Source of the DNA: Octopus sinensis
Lineage: Eukaryota
Assembly: GCF_006345805.1 (NCBI RefSeq)
Contig: NC_043005.1
Span: forward strand, 29,078,001 to 29,142,000
DNA length: 64,000 bases
Direction: 5' to 3'
The position numbers and the translations under genes were made by a program. The notes beneath the pieces are model-generated. The model ran no database searches and was not told the origin of the DNA. It saw only the letters and a list, made by a program, of their open reading frames with translations. Shown one piece after another: positions 61,844 through 64,000 of the stretch; position 1 is the stretch's first letter; each line of letters starts with the position of its first letter.

Positions 61844-63111
61844 ATATACATATAATCTATATTAAGGTTTTTTTTAAATTGTATTCTTATCTTATATGTA
61901 TTGAATTTTAATGTATATATGTATGTTATTATGGTTCTTGTTTTGTTAAATAAATAAATCAACATTCTAATATCCTAAAGCTGATAAACCAACTAAATTG
62001 TTTCTCCATTTTCTTATTTGTAATATATATATATATATATATATATCAATCACTTGATGGTTGCATGTGGCAGTGTTCCCTATATGTATTCAAATGGCTT
62101 TCTAACCATAAGCAAGAACATTTTTGCCTACCCATATCTATGATCATATTTCTCTAAATAAATATAACAATTCCTCTCCAGGCTCCATACCCTCAGAGAG
62201 AGACGACATTGACAATCTCATATTTCAGTTCTTACGCCAGACGTTTCTTGGAAGCCGGATGGTCTAGTTCGTCTCCAGTAGTATCAAGATGTCTTGAGGA
62301 GACTTAATGACTCCCAGAACTTCGAGGGGATAGGAGCCGGGAAAAGGGGAAAATAAATTAACGAAGTGTAAGGAGTAAGTAAATAATAATTCGATTTTGG
62401 AATTGGATCTCGAAGAACGTATTAAGCCATAAATAATAGGACGTCAATAATAATTAAAAAAATATTTCTAAATTTGCTACAAAGCAAGCAATTTAGAGAG
62501 AGGGGGCAAGTCGATTATATTAACCCCAGTACTTGACCCCGAAAGGATGAAAGGCAAATCAACCTGGGCCGAATTTGAACTCGGAACGTAAAGAACCGCA
62601 AGTACATTTACCTCGAAGGCTCTGATGATTAAGCTGTAGAAGATGTATGTAAACAACAACCTCTTGTACAAAACGGAAAGGACAATATAGAAATGACATA
62701 CCGCTTTACCCAATTTGCAAATAAATCATAATTTTACGTGACTACTAAGATTCATAATTAAACTGAGTTAATTCCCGTTTTATCGTGTATTTATTTTATA
62801 GACGTAAAACAGTAGATCTTAGAATTCTTTCAGACATTAGGTGATTTCACCCGCATAGAGTATTATGAGCAAACGAAGACGCGTTGAGAGTACTCCGATA
62901 AAAATGGTAAACTAACTTAATTACCATTTTACTATATATTTAACAAACAATAAAATAACATCATGCTTTAGAATCTGGAGGTGGGGAATCCAGCATGCCA
63001 TTTCTACACGTATGGTGGTTCCTTCCGTTCTCGACAAGAAGATATCGTTGTTTACGTATTCATTCGAAAATTTTACATCATTATAATCATCATCCTAATA
63101 ATAACAATAAT

Positions 63112-63250
63112 CGGCATTTTTCTCTCTCTGAAGCATGGAATAAACTACCCAGGGCGGTTGTCCGCAGTCAGGACACCAACAATTTCTTCAACAATTCCAT
63201 GCTTCCTGCAATTCGCCAAAACTATTCCAGAAGTGTCTATGCACCCTTTC
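63112..63250 (+). mobile_element. Short CR1 3' fragment
   Basis: HFSLSEAWNKLPRAVV...SMLPAIRQNYS resembles the CR1 C-terminus at 27.1 kb. Confidence 0.7.
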
Positions 63251-64000
63251 CTCTTAATGGTTCTTTTCAATTTTCTGTCTTTTTGTGTTTTATCCTGTAT
63301 TATCTTTTCATGCTTTTGATTATCATTGCTTTTTTTTTTCCTTCTTATTGTTGCTTTCAATCTTCTCTTTGAACCCTTTTCCGAGGAGTTACAATGCTCC
63401 TGTGCAATGTTTACACTAAGCTCAATAAATATGTTATAATAATGTATTTGGAGTCTTGTTAATAATAATTGAGCTTTTAAATACCATTGATGTATTTTTC
63501 ACGATGCTTATACATCCACTCAGCATATATAAAAATTAAAGGTCCAGGAGCAACCATCACCAGGCAACGAGCACTCATGTAGACGGGGAAAAAAGGTTTT
63601 CTTTTCATTAAATATAAATAAACCAAATATAAAAAAAGTCTCCGATTTTGTGACCATGTTCAGTGTAGTCTTAGCGGTTCTACAAATTTAAAGTGAAATT
63701 TATCTTTTTACACAAATAGTGCTTTTTTTTTTAGTTGTTAGGATTTATAAATTTATTGGTCTCTATATTTAAAAGACCAGCCCGAGAAAAATATAGTAGT
63801 TTCTTTTAAGACAATCCGACATAAAACTTAATGCTTCTCTCCCTCTCTCTACAGTTTACGTCTTTCTACATTCATACATGTCTTCTAACCGAATTAAAAG
63901 AAAAATTATGTTTCTGTGATATTAAAGGATTTTAAAGCGTATCATATATTAAAAGTTAGTCGAAGTTACAAATGAAGCTGTTAAATATAATTATAGTTTG

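Overview
AT-rich, microsatellite- and SINE-dense animal genomic DNA. The repeat repertoire suggests a cephalopod (Octopus-like); this is an inference. Two genes are well supported. (1) The last three coding exons of mitochondrial ribosomal protein S18B (MRPS18B, + strand, 2190-5279). (2) A complete TSC1/hamartin gene on the - strand: 21 coding exons, 31987 to 5475, all GT-AG and phase-consistent, 3156 nt = 1051 aa plus stop. The two stop codons face each other only 195 nt apart. A CpG-retaining block at about 41-42 kb probably holds the TSC1 promoter. The rest is transposon-derived: tRNA-derived SINE families, RTE, CR1 and R4-like LINE fragments, mariner and maT relics, piggyBac-like and fold-back MITEs, and Helitron/Helentron-like elements. 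The most unusual signal is a set of short retroelements carrying minimal type I hammerhead-ribozyme folds. One is a tRNA-head (Pol III) SINE fused to a hammerhead (38.7-38.9 kb), with a fold-back-rearranged sister copy at 12.5-12.8 kb. A second, Penelope-like family has a non-canonical A6U core (52.6 kb and 19.8 kb). Splice-compatible but unidentified short ORFs at 44-48 kb and 59.5-62.3 kb may belong to an unannotated gene. All alignments and counts were done by eye; no searches were run.
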